IMG/VR virus record: IMGVR_UViG_3300046820_000495
Span: 1 to 64,000 of that record
Direction: 5' to 3' (one strand)
DNA: 64,000 bases
From: a virus
The notes under the pieces: generated by a model
What the model was told of the DNA's origin: nothing
The model's database searches: none
The model's input: the letters and a program-made list of their open reading frames with translations, nothing else
Position numbers and translations under genes: made by a program
Part shown: positions 1-9,752 of the stretch, piece by piece
Position numbering within the stretch: position 1 is the stretch's first letter
Layout of the letters: each line of letters starts with the position of its first letter

Positions 1-1216
1 TTGAGTAGGCACCCATAATCATTGTACCTGGACTATAGATGTCTACTCGAGGACCAGATTCACTAAAGTAAACTTTCTGTTCATTACTGGTATTATCAAT
101 AGCACCAACGCTAATAAACCCATCAGCGCGAGTTGGACTGCTTCCGCGATGATAAAACGATTGTCCATAAAAGCCAGTGTAGTAGTTGTCGTAGTCAATG
201 CCACCTGGCACATCAATCTTGTGATGATAGTTGCCAGCGGCACCCACTAGGATAACACCTGCGTTGGCACAGTTGGTGGCACTGACATCCAAGTAATTAA
301 CAACGGCTGGGTGATTACCATTTACCTGACCATAGTTAGAATTAGGACCTGATGTTGAGTATGTTTGGCCGCGCCAACGTGTTGAAGTCATACCATAATA
401 TGATGATCTATAACCCCAGCTGTTGGTACAAATAGTAGGGCGCATGTTTCCGGCCGCACGTTTTGCCAAATGAAAAGCTCTCACTAGGTCAAAAGCAATG
501 TCTGAACTAATTTCGCCTAGATAACCAGCACCTATAATACTGCCGCCTCCAAAAATTCTTATGCTATAAATTGCCGCAACTGGTGCCCAGCCTTGTGTAT
601 TGCCTGCCACTACACTGGTACAATGGCTTCCATGTCCGTCGCTGTCACCTAGATAACCGCCAATGCTTGAAGCACTAGGTGTGCCAGGAACTCCCAAACT
701 TGCCCAGTTAAAATTAACAACACGACTTCCACCGGTGCCATCGGGATTGACTGCAAACTCAGGATGCCCTGGTTCAACTCCGCTGTCAACAACAATAACG
801 TCAACTCCAGTGCCATCTAAATTATATTCAAAATTAGAACTTACTGAGGTTGAGGAGGCAAACGGATTTGCTGATCTAGTTGATCGAAGTAACCCCCAGT
901 TTTTCATTGTGTTGGCTGTTAAGTTACTTTTGTCATATGTTGCAGTAGCTCTGGTACCAAAGTGTTCTTTCTTTACACCTTCCTGCAAGTCTGCTTGTAA
1001 TTCAACAAACGCTATTCTGCTGTCTTGTCTAATTTCTGCGGCTTCTTCGTCAGTTAAGTTGAAGTGAGCAGAGAAGTCGTTAAAAGGACGTTCGTTTAAA
1101 ACTTCAATCTCTCGCTTAGGAATAAAGTTGTCACCCAAGCCATCAACTGTTAATTCGTTCCAAAGTCCAGAGTCCCATACTGCTGGATCTTTAACTGTAA
1201 TAATATATTCACGCAT
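1..1216 (-). CDS. Subtilisin-like S8 serine protease, 3' end truncated by window edge (absent from ORF track)
   Basis: Manual translation from ATG at 1216 (MREYIITVKDP...) gives catalytic Asp motif GVDVIVVDSG, His motif DGHGSHCTSVVAG, NSWG and oxyanion AAGN; frame stays open to position 1. Confidence 0.85.
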   Translation of the reverse strand, partial: MREYIITVKDPAVWDSGLWNELTVDGLGDNFIPKREIEVLNERPFNDFSAHFNLTDEEAAEIRQDSRIAFVELQADLQEGVKKEHFGTRATATYDKSNLTANTMKNWGLLRSTRSANPFASSTSVSSNFEYNLDGTGVDVIVVDSGVEPGHPEFAVNPDGTGGSRVVNFNWASLGVPGTPSASSIGGYLGDSDGHGSHCTSVVAGNTQGWAPVAAIYSIRIFGGGSIIGAGYLGEISSDIAFDLVRAFHLAKRAAGNMRPTICTNSWGYRSSYYGMTSTRWRGQTYSTSGPNSNYGQVNGNHPAVVNYLDVSATNCANAGVILVGAAGNYHHKIDVPGGIDYDNYYTGFYGQSFYHRGSSPTRADGFISVGAIDNTSNEQKVYFSESGPRVDIYSPGTMIMGAYS

Positions 1217-1226
1217 TTGTTATTCC

Positions 1227-1982
1227 TTATAAGGCAGCAATTCTTGCTTTGAAATCTGCAAAGTCAGTTGAAGCGGCAACTACAGTTTTCAATCTTGTTA
1301 GAGTAATTGTTCTTTGACCTTTGAAGAAAATATCGCCGGCTGCTACTAAGTTTAAGTCATTGCCGCTTGTTATTGTAACTGCACCAGTACCGGTAAAAGC
1401 AATGTTTTTAACATTTAAGTTTTCTGTTGTAAGTTGACTTGATAAAGCGTTTCTTACACGTTGTTCTGTATAATATAGGTTACTGCCTTCGGCCAAAGAT
1501 GTTGTTGTCTTGGCTGTAAATGCACTATCAAATCTTGCTTGTGTATAATATAGGTTACTGCCTTCGGCCAAAGATGTTGTTGTCTTGGCTGTAAATGCAC
1601 TATCAAATCTTGCTTGTGTATAATATAAATTTGTATCTTCGTCAATGTGATATGTTGATACACCTGCTAGGGCATTCCAAAATTCAAAACCAAAGTTAGC
1701 TGTTGGTAATTTGCTGTCAATTATTGTTTTAATGCTTGAACCAAAATTTGGATCATCACCAATGGCAGCCGCAAGTTCATTTAATGTATCTAATAATTCA
1801 GGAGCGCCTGCAACAATGGCGTCAACGTATGCTTTGTCTGCCAAGTTGGCAATAGCCTTAACGCCTTTAGCAACACTTTGTCCACTAACTTGTAATGTAG
1901 TGTCACCTTGAACAAGAACAAGAGCATCATTTGCTCCTAACACCGTCCCTAAATTTAAGTCTACAATTTTTATGTCTGCCAT
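1227..1982 (-). CDS. Tail-fibre-associated virion protein with EG-x-NLYYT repeats
   Basis: GAPELLDTLNELAAAIGDDPNF motif typical of phage fibre proteins; repeats shared with the 1375-aa fibre; located in structural cluster. Confidence 0.6.
   Translation of the reverse strand: MADIKIVDLNLGTVLGANDALVLVQGDTTLQVSGQSVAKGVKAIANLADKAYVDAIVAGAPELLDTLNELAAAIGDDPNFGSSIKTIIDSKLPTANFGFEFWNALAGVSTYHIDEDTNLYYTQARFDSAFTAKTTTSLAEGSNLYYTQARFDSAFTAKTTTSLAEGSNLYYTEQRVRNALSSQLTTENLNVKNIAFTGTGAVTITSGNDLNLVAAGDIFFKGQRTITLTRLKTVVAASTDFADFKARIAAL
1467..1627. repeat. Perfect 75-bp in-frame tandem repeat (about 2.1 copies)
   Basis: Unit starting tgtataatataggttactgcc at 1467 recurs identically at 1542 and partly at 1617; encodes YYTQARFDSAFTAKTTTSLAEGSNL. 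Confidence 0.95.
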
Positions 1983-1993
1983 GTCTTTTCCTA

Positions 1994-2389
1994 TTAACTT
2001 ACTCTTTGCAAGGTAGCATAAATGCTATATGTTGCAGTTGTTGATGAGCCTGCCAGGCATTGTACTTCTAATGTACCATTTGACAATGTAAGTACAACTC
2101 CGCCATCAAAGTCTTCTTCAAATGTATCTTCGATTTTGTTTACGGAACTGCCTGATGCAGATCCTCTAAATTGCTTTGTTAATCTGTTGCCAGCTTGGTC
2201 AACAGCTAGTATTTTAATATCGAAGAACTCTGTGCCTTCGATTGTTATTTCGTTACCTTCACGATCAACTGCAGATATGTTTGCACCCAAGCAAACTGCA
2301 CCCAGTACTATTTGTCGTAAACCTGTTGTACCTACACCAATTATAAATTCACTTGAGGTAGTTCCGGCTGTGTTGTTAAAAGTCTTCAT
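1994..2389 (-). CDS. Hypothetical protein, probably virion-associated
   Basis: 131 aa, beta-rich G/T/S composition, coupled to the upstream structural gene. Confidence 0.5.
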   Translation of the reverse strand: MKTFNNTAGTTSSEFIIGVGTTGLRQIVLGAVCLGANISAVDREGNEITIEGTEFFDIKILAVDQAGNRLTKQFRGSASGSSVNKIEDTFEEDFDGGVVLTLSNGTLEVQCLAGSSTTATYSIYATLQRVS

Positions 2390-4371
2390 ATGTAGGATAC
2401 CTCTACTCTAATGTTACCTGTTGCGGTATTACTAGGTATATTTACTACTACATCTTCTCTTGCTGTTGTAATCAAATCTGAATCAACTACATAAGTTCCA
2501 ACTGTACTTGCACCGTGTTGACTAAACTGCCAAACAGTATTGGCACCAACATCAATGGTAAAGTCTGGCGCATCTGTCAATGCCTGTAGTACTGTAACGC
2601 TTACATTTAGAATTCTACGGTCTTCGCTTACTGTACCAATTGTGGTTGTTGCACCTGGTAATGCTACAACTTCTTTGATTGTTCTAGCATCAACAGCTAC
2701 ACTTCGTTCACCACTGACCTTGGTCCAAGCTGAACCACTGTATGTGAATGTTGCCCATTCACCGTTGCCATCGTCAATGACATAACACTGATCGCCAACT
2801 AGAGCATTCAATGCATCACGCCCTGTCATGTTTGCAACTACAGTGATACCGCTAGATCTAATACCTTGTTCAATGTTCAAGCCCAAAGCATAGCGGCCGT
2901 TTTGTCCGCTCATTACTCCTGCCGTGTCTAGGAACTGACCAGCAAAGTCTCTAATAGTTAATGGGCCGCCATCTAGACGCATTAAACGTAGCGCACTTGT
3001 TGTTGTGTTGGCAGGCGTGCTTGCTGGCAAGCTAGACAAAGAATTTGCGCCAGCAAAGCTATTACTATTTTGATCTGCAGAGATGTTTACAATAACAATC
3101 TCACCACCGGCATTGTTTCTTAATTTGATATCACTGCCATTTACAACAGTAGCAACAATATCTGGAATCTTTGCCGCATTGATATCTGCTACCATGTCGT
3201 TTTGATCAGCAACTACAGGATCTCCGTATGCGGCACTACCACTGGTTGTTGTTGTAAAGTTAACAGTTTGACCATTGATACTTGCGCTAAAGGGAGTGTA
3301 ACCGGCAACAATACCATATGCACTACCTTGGCCAGCAACATCACTAAAAACTTCTGTGGCAGCACCAACTTTAACGGCTGTAACTTTATGACTAGGAGTT
3401 TCAGCATTGATTAGTGTTACAGCATCATCTACTGTGTATGTTCCGTTGCCACTGGCCAATGTAATTTGAGTTCTATTAATTTCAACAATGTCACCATCGT
3501 TACCTACAGGATCAATGCCAGTGCCTGTTGTAGATGTAACAATAGCATCAGAGACCTTCATGTAAATTGGTCTACGACTGTTGTCGTTGATTGTTAAGTC
3601 ACCGCTACCATCTAAGCTGGGATACAAGTAATCACCAACATTACCAGGAAGCCCTGGAACAAAGTCAATGATACCGTTGGCAGGGCGAAGAACAAATTGA
3701 TCAGGACCTGGACCAGGATATATCACAGTACCTAAGAATCTACCAATGTTATTAGCGTTGCTTAGTGAAAATGTTCCGCCCTCGATACAAACTGCATCGC
3801 CTTGTTCAAAACCATGTGCTGTCTTTTCCAACAAGTAATTTGTCAGCGGATTCATGTATTGGAAACGACTCATTACGTTGGTAAAGAAGTCAGCGGCCGC
3901 ATCGCCTGGAATAGGATCCAACATTGGGAATCCTAGTTCGTTGATCTGGAAGAAGATAACAGGACCCGGTGTACCAAACAAGCCAAAGCCTGTTGGGTCA
4001 CGGAATGTGTTGTAACGTAACCTATCTTCTACAATAGCTGTCAAAGAGTTGTTGCCCTTTTCGCTAATGCTCATAATTTGACAAACCTTGCCATCTAACG
4101 CACCAGCAACAAAGTCGCCTACTTCAATGTCTTGAGCATTAAACGCAAATGGTGTACGAGTTAAGTTACTACCATGGTTTCTATCTTGTACAGTAAAAGT
4201 TACTTCCCAACGATAGTATTGTGGGTTCTGGCCACCTGACCAGTAAGGGTCATCGCTTGCGTTGGCATGAGGCCAAAGAGCTACAGTACTGAACGAGTCA
4301 GCTGTACCCGAAAGTACTTTAGCTGGCTTGTTCAGTCCAATGAAGCTAGTTTTCCAAGCATTAATTGACAT
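2386..4371 (-). CDS. Putative virion structural (tail/baseplate-like) protein
   Basis: 661 aa, G/T/A/N-rich, downstream of fibre gene, SD AGGA upstream. Confidence 0.55.
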   Translation of the reverse strand: MSINAWKTSFIGLNKPAKVLSGTADSFSTVALWPHANASDDPYWSGGQNPQYYRWEVTFTVQDRNHGSNLTRTPFAFNAQDIEVGDFVAGALDGKVCQIMSISEKGNNSLTAIVEDRLRYNTFRDPTGFGLFGTPGPVIFFQINELGFPMLDPIPGDAAADFFTNVMSRFQYMNPLTNYLLEKTAHGFEQGDAVCIEGGTFSLSNANNIGRFLGTVIYPGPGPDQFVLRPANGIIDFVPGLPGNVGDYLYPSLDGSGDLTINDNSRRPIYMKVSDAIVTSTTGTGIDPVGNDGDIVEINRTQITLASGNGTYTVDDAVTLINAETPSHKVTAVKVGAATEVFSDVAGQGSAYGIVAGYTPFSASINGQTVNFTTTTSGSAAYGDPVVADQNDMVADINAAKIPDIVATVVNGSDIKLRNNAGGEIVIVNISADQNSNSFAGANSLSSLPASTPANTTTSALRLMRLDGGPLTIRDFAGQFLDTAGVMSGQNGRYALGLNIEQGIRSSGITVVANMTGRDALNALVGDQCYVIDDGNGEWATFTYSGSAWTKVSGERSVAVDARTIKEVVALPGATTTIGTVSEDRRILNVSVTVLQALTDAPDFTIDVGANTVWQFSQHGASTVGTYVVDSDLITTAREDVVVNIPSNTATGNIRVEVSYI

Positions 4372-4380
4372 TATTATCCT

Positions 4381-7300
4381 TTAAGAACTTAGTAAGAATT
4401 GAACTACGCAATGTGTGGTTTGTCCAACTGCGGCTGTTGCACCTGTTAACGCTTTTGTTAAACTTAGTGTCATAGTGTTAGCACTTGCATCAAATGCGCT
4501 GAACGCACTTGGTGAACCACTTGATCCACCACCAGCAAGTGTTCTTGCAGAGTAATCACTACCAATACCACGTGTTACAAAAAGGTTACTTGCACGTTGG
4601 TAACCATAAACTTGGATGTTTAATGGAGCACATACACTACCTGTGAATGTAAATGTAACTGTAGCTGTTGTACTTGTTGCTGTTGCAATTACAGCACTGA
4701 TACCACCATTTAGTACGTTAGCACTTGTTAGGTTACCACTTGCATCGTATTCAACTTGAACTGCGGCACGGAAGATACCAGAACTGCTTCCGCCACCGCC
4801 GCCACCAGAACTAATAGTTGTTGGTGTCCATGCACTACCATTCCAAGCCAGTGCTTGTCCTGTAGTAGGTGTTGTGCCAGTAACGTCTGCAAGTTGACTT
4901 AAATTGCTTTGACCCAAACGTGTGTCGAAACGTGTGCTTGTGTAGTATAAGTTTGAACTACCTTCAGTAACGTTGTCTGTACTTGTGTTTAAGCTAAATG
5001 TACCAGTTGAGCTGTTATAGCTTAAACCAGTACCAGCTGCCAAGGCATTACGAGCTAATGTATTGCTGAAGTACTTGTTTGTGGCGCCTTCGTTTAAGTT
5101 ATCTGTTGTTTTAGTAGCTAAACGTGTATCCCAACGTGAGTTTGTGTAGTATAGATTGCTTGTGCCTTCTGCTACATCGTCTGTGCTTAGTACAACTGTA
5201 CCAGTTTTGCTGTTAACACTTAATACAGCACCCGAGCCACCACTTACTGAGCTCGGTGTCCAAGCACTACCAGTCCATGTTAGTACCTGACCGTTTGTCG
5301 GGGCTGTTGTAACTGTGTCAACGTCTGCTAATGCGTTAATGCTTGAAGCACCAATACGTACATCTGCACGAGCATCTGCACGAGTGTTTGTAAAGTATAA
5401 GTTACTACCTTCAGTGATATAACTTGTGTTTGCACGATACTTGATCTGGCCAGTTGTATCATCATAGCTGATCAAGCTGGTGATATTGCTATCACTAATA
5501 GAGCTCAATGCTAATCTTGATCTAGCATCTGTATAATATAATCTAGTACCTTCAGTTATATCGCTAGTTGAAACATTATTTAATGCAGTAGTAATGCTTA
5601 CATTACCACTACCATCAAAGCTTGTTAAACCAGTTACTTTACCTGTTAAGCTAATTGTTCTTGCTGTTGTTAGTCTGTTAGCTTTATTAGATAAATCAAC
5701 TTCAAAGTTGAAGCCAGGCTGTGTTGCGCTAGATAAACCATAAATCTGTACGCTACCGCTAGATCCATTAACTGTGTAACTTGTTCCTGTTGCACCAGTG
5801 GCACCAGTGGCGCCTGTGTCGCCTTTTGGTCCCTGTGCGCCAGTGGCGCCAGTGGCACCTGTACTACCTTGTGGTCCAACTACATGGCCTGCGTTAATTG
5901 TAACGCCATCTGTTAGTGTGATTTGTAAATTGCCTGCGCTGTCTACAACTACGCCACTGCTTGCAATGCTACGTCCTGCAGGACCTTGTACACCCTGAGC
6001 ACCCTGTGGACCAATTACACTACCTGCATCAAGTTGACTAGCATCATCTAATGTGATCTGTAAGTTACCGTCACCGTCTACTACTGCTTGGAATACGCTG
6101 ACGCCACGATCACCTTTTGCACCAGTGGCGCCAGTGTTACCTGTAATACCTTGATCACCTTTTGGACCAACCACATTTCCGGCATCAATAGTCGAGTTAT
6201 CTGTTTTTGTAATAATTAAACGGCCGCTGCCACTGACAACGGCTGAACTTACGCCTACACCATTTGTTCCGTTAGCACCAGCTGGACCAACAGAACCAGT
6301 ATCGCCTTTTGCGCCTGTGGCACCAGTGTCGCCTTTTGGTCCAATAACTAAACCAGCATCAATAATTGAGCTGTCAGATCTAGTAATAATTAGTCTACCA
6401 CTACCGTTAACTGCGGCACCGCTTACAGATAAACCAGCTGGACCTTGACTACCTGTATCACCCTTGATACCTTGAGCACCGGTGGCACCTGTACTACCTT
6501 GTGGTCCAATTACACTACCAGCATTGATAGTTGAATTGTCTTGTTTTGTTAGTATTAATTCGCCACTGCCATTTACAGCGGCAGTTTTAATACCGGATAC
6601 GTTACCAGCATCAACAATGCTGTTATTGCTTAATGTTAACTGTAGTCGACCTGCTAATGTTACAGTTGCGGCACTGATTGATAAACCTTGTGGGCCTTGA
6701 GGACCTTGAGCACCAGTATCACCTTTGGCTCCGCTGTTGTTTACTGCTACCCAGCTTGTACCATTCCAACTTAAAACTTGTCCGGCTGTTGCACTTGATG
6801 TATCTACATCTATCAATTCATCTAGGCGTGATACAGAACTTGGTAAGCTAGATAAGCCTAGCGACACTTTCTGATCAACATATCCTTTTGTGGCAGCATC
6901 TAAATTACTTACAGGAGCACCTGACAATGTTAGCGCACCAGTCATCGTGCCGCCAGTCTTTAATAATACATCTGCGGCAAAGTTTGGATTATCAGCCAAT
7001 GCTGCCGCTAATTCGTTTAATGTGTTTAGTAGTGTTGGAGCACCATCAACGATGTTGCTGATTTGATTGTTTACATAAGTTTGTGTAGCATATCCATTGT
7101 TGTTTAAGTATGTTCCAACATCACTTAATGTTACGCCACCACCAGAGCCACCACCTACTGCGCTAATTACGCCATTGCTAATAGTAATTGTTGTACCATC
7201 AACTTTGACACCACCTAATAGGCTAGTAGTTGCCGTTGGCAATGTGTAACTTCCGCCACCGCCGCCGGAACTTACGCTACCTGGTTGCCATCTTAAATTA

Positions 7301-8508
7301 GCTTGACTCCATACAAGAGCCTGGCCATCTGTAACACCAGTTACATAGGTGTCTGTTAAATCTTCTAAGTTTAGTGAATTTAACTTTTGATTAACATAAG
7401 CTTCTGTTGCATATCCCGCAAGACTAGGAATAGTTGGCTTATTGGTTAAATCATTATAGCTACCGCTGAATAAAGCAGGCTTGTTAGTTAAGTCTGTGTA
7501 CGAACCGCTGAATAAAGCAGGCTTGTCAGTAATACTACTCCATGGTAAACTGGTAGTAGGTGTGAACGTAACATTCAATACACCTTGGCTGTTGATTGCC
7601 AAACCAGTACCAACTTTAACTCCGCCAAGTGTTGACACAGATGCAGTTGGCAATGAGTATGCTGGTATACCTGCTATTGCAGAATTTATGTAGTTTGTTA
7701 ACGTACTTGCAGTTGACGATGTGGCCGCTGTTAATTCGTACTGAGTAACTTTTGTTGCTAATTGAGTATCAACGTAACTTTGGCTTGCTTTTGTAGCAAC
7801 ACTTGCCGCAATAGAATCTGCAAAAGTAGCATTATTACCCAGTGCTGTTGCAATTTCTTTTAATGTGTTTAGAGCAGCCGGAGCACCATCTAATACACTA
7901 TTGATTTGTGTATTAACATAAGATGTTGTGGCATAGTTGCTTAAATTAACCGGAGGAATGTTAGCAATCTGTGTTGCAACATACGCAGTAGATGCCAATG
8001 GAGCAATTGCCGTAGAAATGGCATTTTGAATTTGCTCTGTGGTCATGTAACCTGTTGATGGATCAATTACAATATTTGCTGTACCATCAACAACGTTAAC
8101 AGTAGCACCACTTACAAAGTTAATGTTTGTAAAGTTGCCGCGATTTGAAGTATTTTCGTAAACTGTAATAGAATCCAAGCCGCCTGTAATAGTAGCAACG
8201 TTATCAACTACATCAACACCAGGGCCAACAAAGTTTAAAATTGTTGCTGTGCCACGTGCTGTCCCGTCTTCTTTAATGCCTATAGATCCTGCACCACCGC
8301 TACTGCCACTGCCTGCACCTGCAAGGCTGATCATTAGTTTACCGGTTGTGTCGTCATAACTTGTTTGTAGGCCAATACTGATATCAGTACCTACTTCGAT
8401 TTGACTGGCTACAATATCTTGGACATCTTCTTCTGTCAGGCCGCCGCCGCTGCCTGGACCGTTAGATCCACCTTGTAGTTGTCCTCCTGAAGATGCGTTA
8501 ATCGCCAT
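4381..8508 (-). CDS. Collagen-like long tail fibre / virion fibre protein
   Basis: 1375 aa; Gly-X-Y runs (GAKGDTGAQGPQGPQG), two DGAP-LNTL-E-A-AL modules, YTDLTNKP and EG-x-NLYYT repeats, GQ-L-WNG-W motifs. Confidence 0.78.
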   Translation of the reverse strand: MAINASSGGQLQGGSNGPGSGGGLTEEDVQDIVASQIEVGTDISIGLQTSYDDTTGKLMISLAGAGSGSSGGAGSIGIKEDGTARGTATILNFVGPGVDVVDNVATITGGLDSITVYENTSNRGNFTNINFVSGATVNVVDGTANIVIDPSTGYMTTEQIQNAISTAIAPLASTAYVATQIANIPPVNLSNYATTSYVNTQINSVLDGAPAALNTLKEIATALGNNATFADSIAASVATKASQSYVDTQLATKVTQYELTAATSSTASTLTNYINSAIAGIPAYSLPTASVSTLGGVKVGTGLAINSQGVLNVTFTPTTSLPWSSITDKPALFSGSYTDLTNKPALFSGSYNDLTNKPTIPSLAGYATEAYVNQKLNSLNLEDLTDTYVTGVTDGQALVWSQANLRWQPGSVSSGGGGGSYTLPTATTSLLGGVKVDGTTITISNGVISAVGGGSGGGVTLSDVGTYLNNNGYATQTYVNNQISNIVDGAPTLLNTLNELAAALADNPNFAADVLLKTGGTMTGALTLSGAPVSNLDAATKGYVDQKVSLGLSSLPSSVSRLDELIDVDTSSATAGQVLSWNGTSWVAVNNSGAKGDTGAQGPQGPQGLSISAATVTLAGRLQLTLSNNSIVDAGNVSGIKTAAVNGSGELILTKQDNSTINAGSVIGPQGSTGATGAQGIKGDTGSQGPAGLSVSGAAVNGSGRLIITRSDSSIIDAGLVIGPKGDTGATGAKGDTGSVGPAGANGTNGVGVSSAVVSGSGRLIITKTDNSTIDAGNVVGPKGDQGITGNTGATGAKGDRGVSVFQAVVDGDGNLQITLDDASQLDAGSVIGPQGAQGVQGPAGRSIASSGVVVDSAGNLQITLTDGVTINAGHVVGPQGSTGATGATGAQGPKGDTGATGATGATGTSYTVNGSSGSVQIYGLSSATQPGFNFEVDLSNKANRLTTARTISLTGKVTGLTSFDGSGNVSITTALNNVSTSDITEGTRLYYTDARSRLALSSISDSNITSLISYDDTTGQIKYRANTSYITEGSNLYFTNTRADARADVRIGASSINALADVDTVTTAPTNGQVLTWTGSAWTPSSVSGGSGAVLSVNSKTGTVVLSTDDVAEGTSNLYYTNSRWDTRLATKTTDNLNEGATNKYFSNTLARNALAAGTGLSYNSSTGTFSLNTSTDNVTEGSSNLYYTSTRFDTRLGQSNLSQLADVTGTTPTTGQALAWNGSAWTPTTISSGGGGGGSSSGIFRAAVQVEYDASGNLTSANVLNGGISAVIATATSTTATVTFTFTGSVCAPLNIQVYGYQRASNLFVTRGIGSDYSARTLAGGGSSGSPSAFSAFDASANTMTLSLTKALTGATAAVGQTTHCVVQFLLSS
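5785..6730 (-). repeat. Alternating collagen triplets and beta modules (about 6 copies) in the fibre gene
   Basis: Repeated A-V-GSG-L-(I/L)T-D-S-IDAG-V-GP-G module, mostly separated by Gly-X-Y stretches. Confidence 0.8.
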
Positions 8509-8530
8509 GTTGTGTTTCTCCTGTTATTCT

Positions 8531-8899
8531 TTATAGGCTTAGGACTACTCGTTCGCATGTACCTAAAGCAGATGCTAACTGACCTAAATGACTTCGTTGT
8601 ATTTTTGCTCTTACGTAAACAAAGTTTCCAACTACGTTAAATGTTTCTACTTTTGTTTCAGGTGTTTCAACTTGATAAAAAGTTGTATTAGCACCAATAC
8701 CAATTGGGAACCAATCTGATTCTCTTGGGTCATCGCTTAACGTTGCTTCTAGGATAAGATTACCCTTGAAACGATTAAGATAAAATGCTATTGTGTGAAA
8801 TCCATTGGAAAAGCCATAGTAGCCATCAGCACGAGTTGCTGGCCCTGTTTGGTCCAAATTTCCATTTGGAATAAACATGTTCTGTACTCTAATAGACAT
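8531..8899 (-). CDS. Hypothetical protein (structural cluster)
   Basis: 122-aa ORF with SD AAGGA. Confidence 0.6.
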   Translation of the reverse strand: MSIRVQNMFIPNGNLDQTGPATRADGYYGFSNGFHTIAFYLNRFKGNLILEATLSDDPRESDWFPIGIGANTTFYQVETPETKVETFNVVGNFVYVRAKIQRSHLGQLASALGTCERVVLSL

Positions 8900-8900
8900 G

Positions 8901-9065
8901 TTATTCCTTTATAATTTCAACTATTACATCGCCACCAACAAGCTCTTGTGCTACTTGCTCTAAGCCAGCAACAATATCTTCGCTTGCTAATGTAACTTGG
9001 TTGTCACTATCTTTGCGAAGTTTGCTTAGTTTGATTACGATGAGTTCTTCTTGTATTTTAGCCAT
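8901..9065 (-). CDS. Small hypothetical protein, 54 aa (MAKIQEELIVIKLSK...)
   Basis: Manual translation; GGAGG SD; fills the gap ahead of the structural operon. Confidence 0.7.
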   Translation of the reverse strand: MAKIQEELIVIKLSKLRKDSDNQVTLASEDIVAGLEQVAQELVGGDVIVEIIKE

Positions 9066-9070
9066 TAAAA

Positions 9071-9097
9071 AGCCTCCGACTGTATTTAGCGGAGGCT
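9071..9097 (-). promoter_or_regulatory. RBS-sequestering / terminator-like hairpin with putative late promoter TAAATA in its loop
   Basis: Stem AGCCTCCG/CGGAGGCT; minus-strand loop CTAAATACAGT; 3' arm holds GGAGG followed by a T-run and the ATG at 9065. Confidence 0.7.
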
Positions 9098-9119
9098 CAA
9101 GTTTTGGGGGCGGGCTAAA

Positions 9120-9752
9120 TCACTCCGGAGGCCTGATTCTTTCAAATCTTTCTATGTAATCACCACATTGTAAACGTAGCATAGCGGCATCGTCTGAGCT
9201 GGCTAGATACAAATGTAGAGGTTGTCCCCATCCATAGATTTTTGGTAGAGTGTCATTTTTAATAATGTTCATTAACAAGCCAGCACAATACCAATCGTCC
9301 GGATCTAAAGCATTCACTGCTGATTTAAAATTATCTACAGCTTTAACTCTAAAGTCGTTGTTGTATTTGATCCGTGCCCTGATAGGAAATTTACCATACC
9401 ATGGCTTGGTTCTAATAACATCATATTCATAGTTGAGCATTAAATCTTTAGCAGATGTGTTGACAGGACTCCATGTTTCGAGTACTCTGTCACCAAAATA
9501 TGCTACTAGCGCATTTAGTTCTTCTTCTGAAGACAAGAACACACTTAAATTGCTTTCGCTTCGCAATCCAACATCTTCAAACATTTTCAAGCACCAAGAC
9601 TTTGCTACATTAATGTTTACACTACGTTGCCTTAGTGTCTCTGTATTGTTAACCCTGCCCCAACCATTTGATCCACGGGCAGGGGTAATTTCAATAATAG
9701 CTTTGTAAGGCCATTTTTTCCAAAACAGCTTTTGAGTATTATGTGTTTTCAT
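9120..9752 (-). CDS. Hypothetical protein
   Basis: 210-aa ORF overlapping the end of clpA. Confidence 0.65.
   Translation of the reverse strand: MKTHNTQKLFWKKWPYKAIIEITPARGSNGWGRVNNTETLRQRSVNINVAKSWCLKMFEDVGLRSESNLSVFLSSEEELNALVAYFGDRVLETWSPVNTSAKDLMLNYEYDVIRTKPWYGKFPIRARIKYNNDFRVKAVDNFKSAVNALDPDDWYCAGLLMNIIKNDTLPKIYGWGQPLHLYLASSDDAAMLRLQCGDYIERFERIRPPE

Noticed and set aside
1467-1627. Direct repeats as a possible CRISPR array
   Set aside because: Contiguous in-frame 75-bp units with no unique spacers; no repeat-spacer array or cas gene seen anywhere in the window
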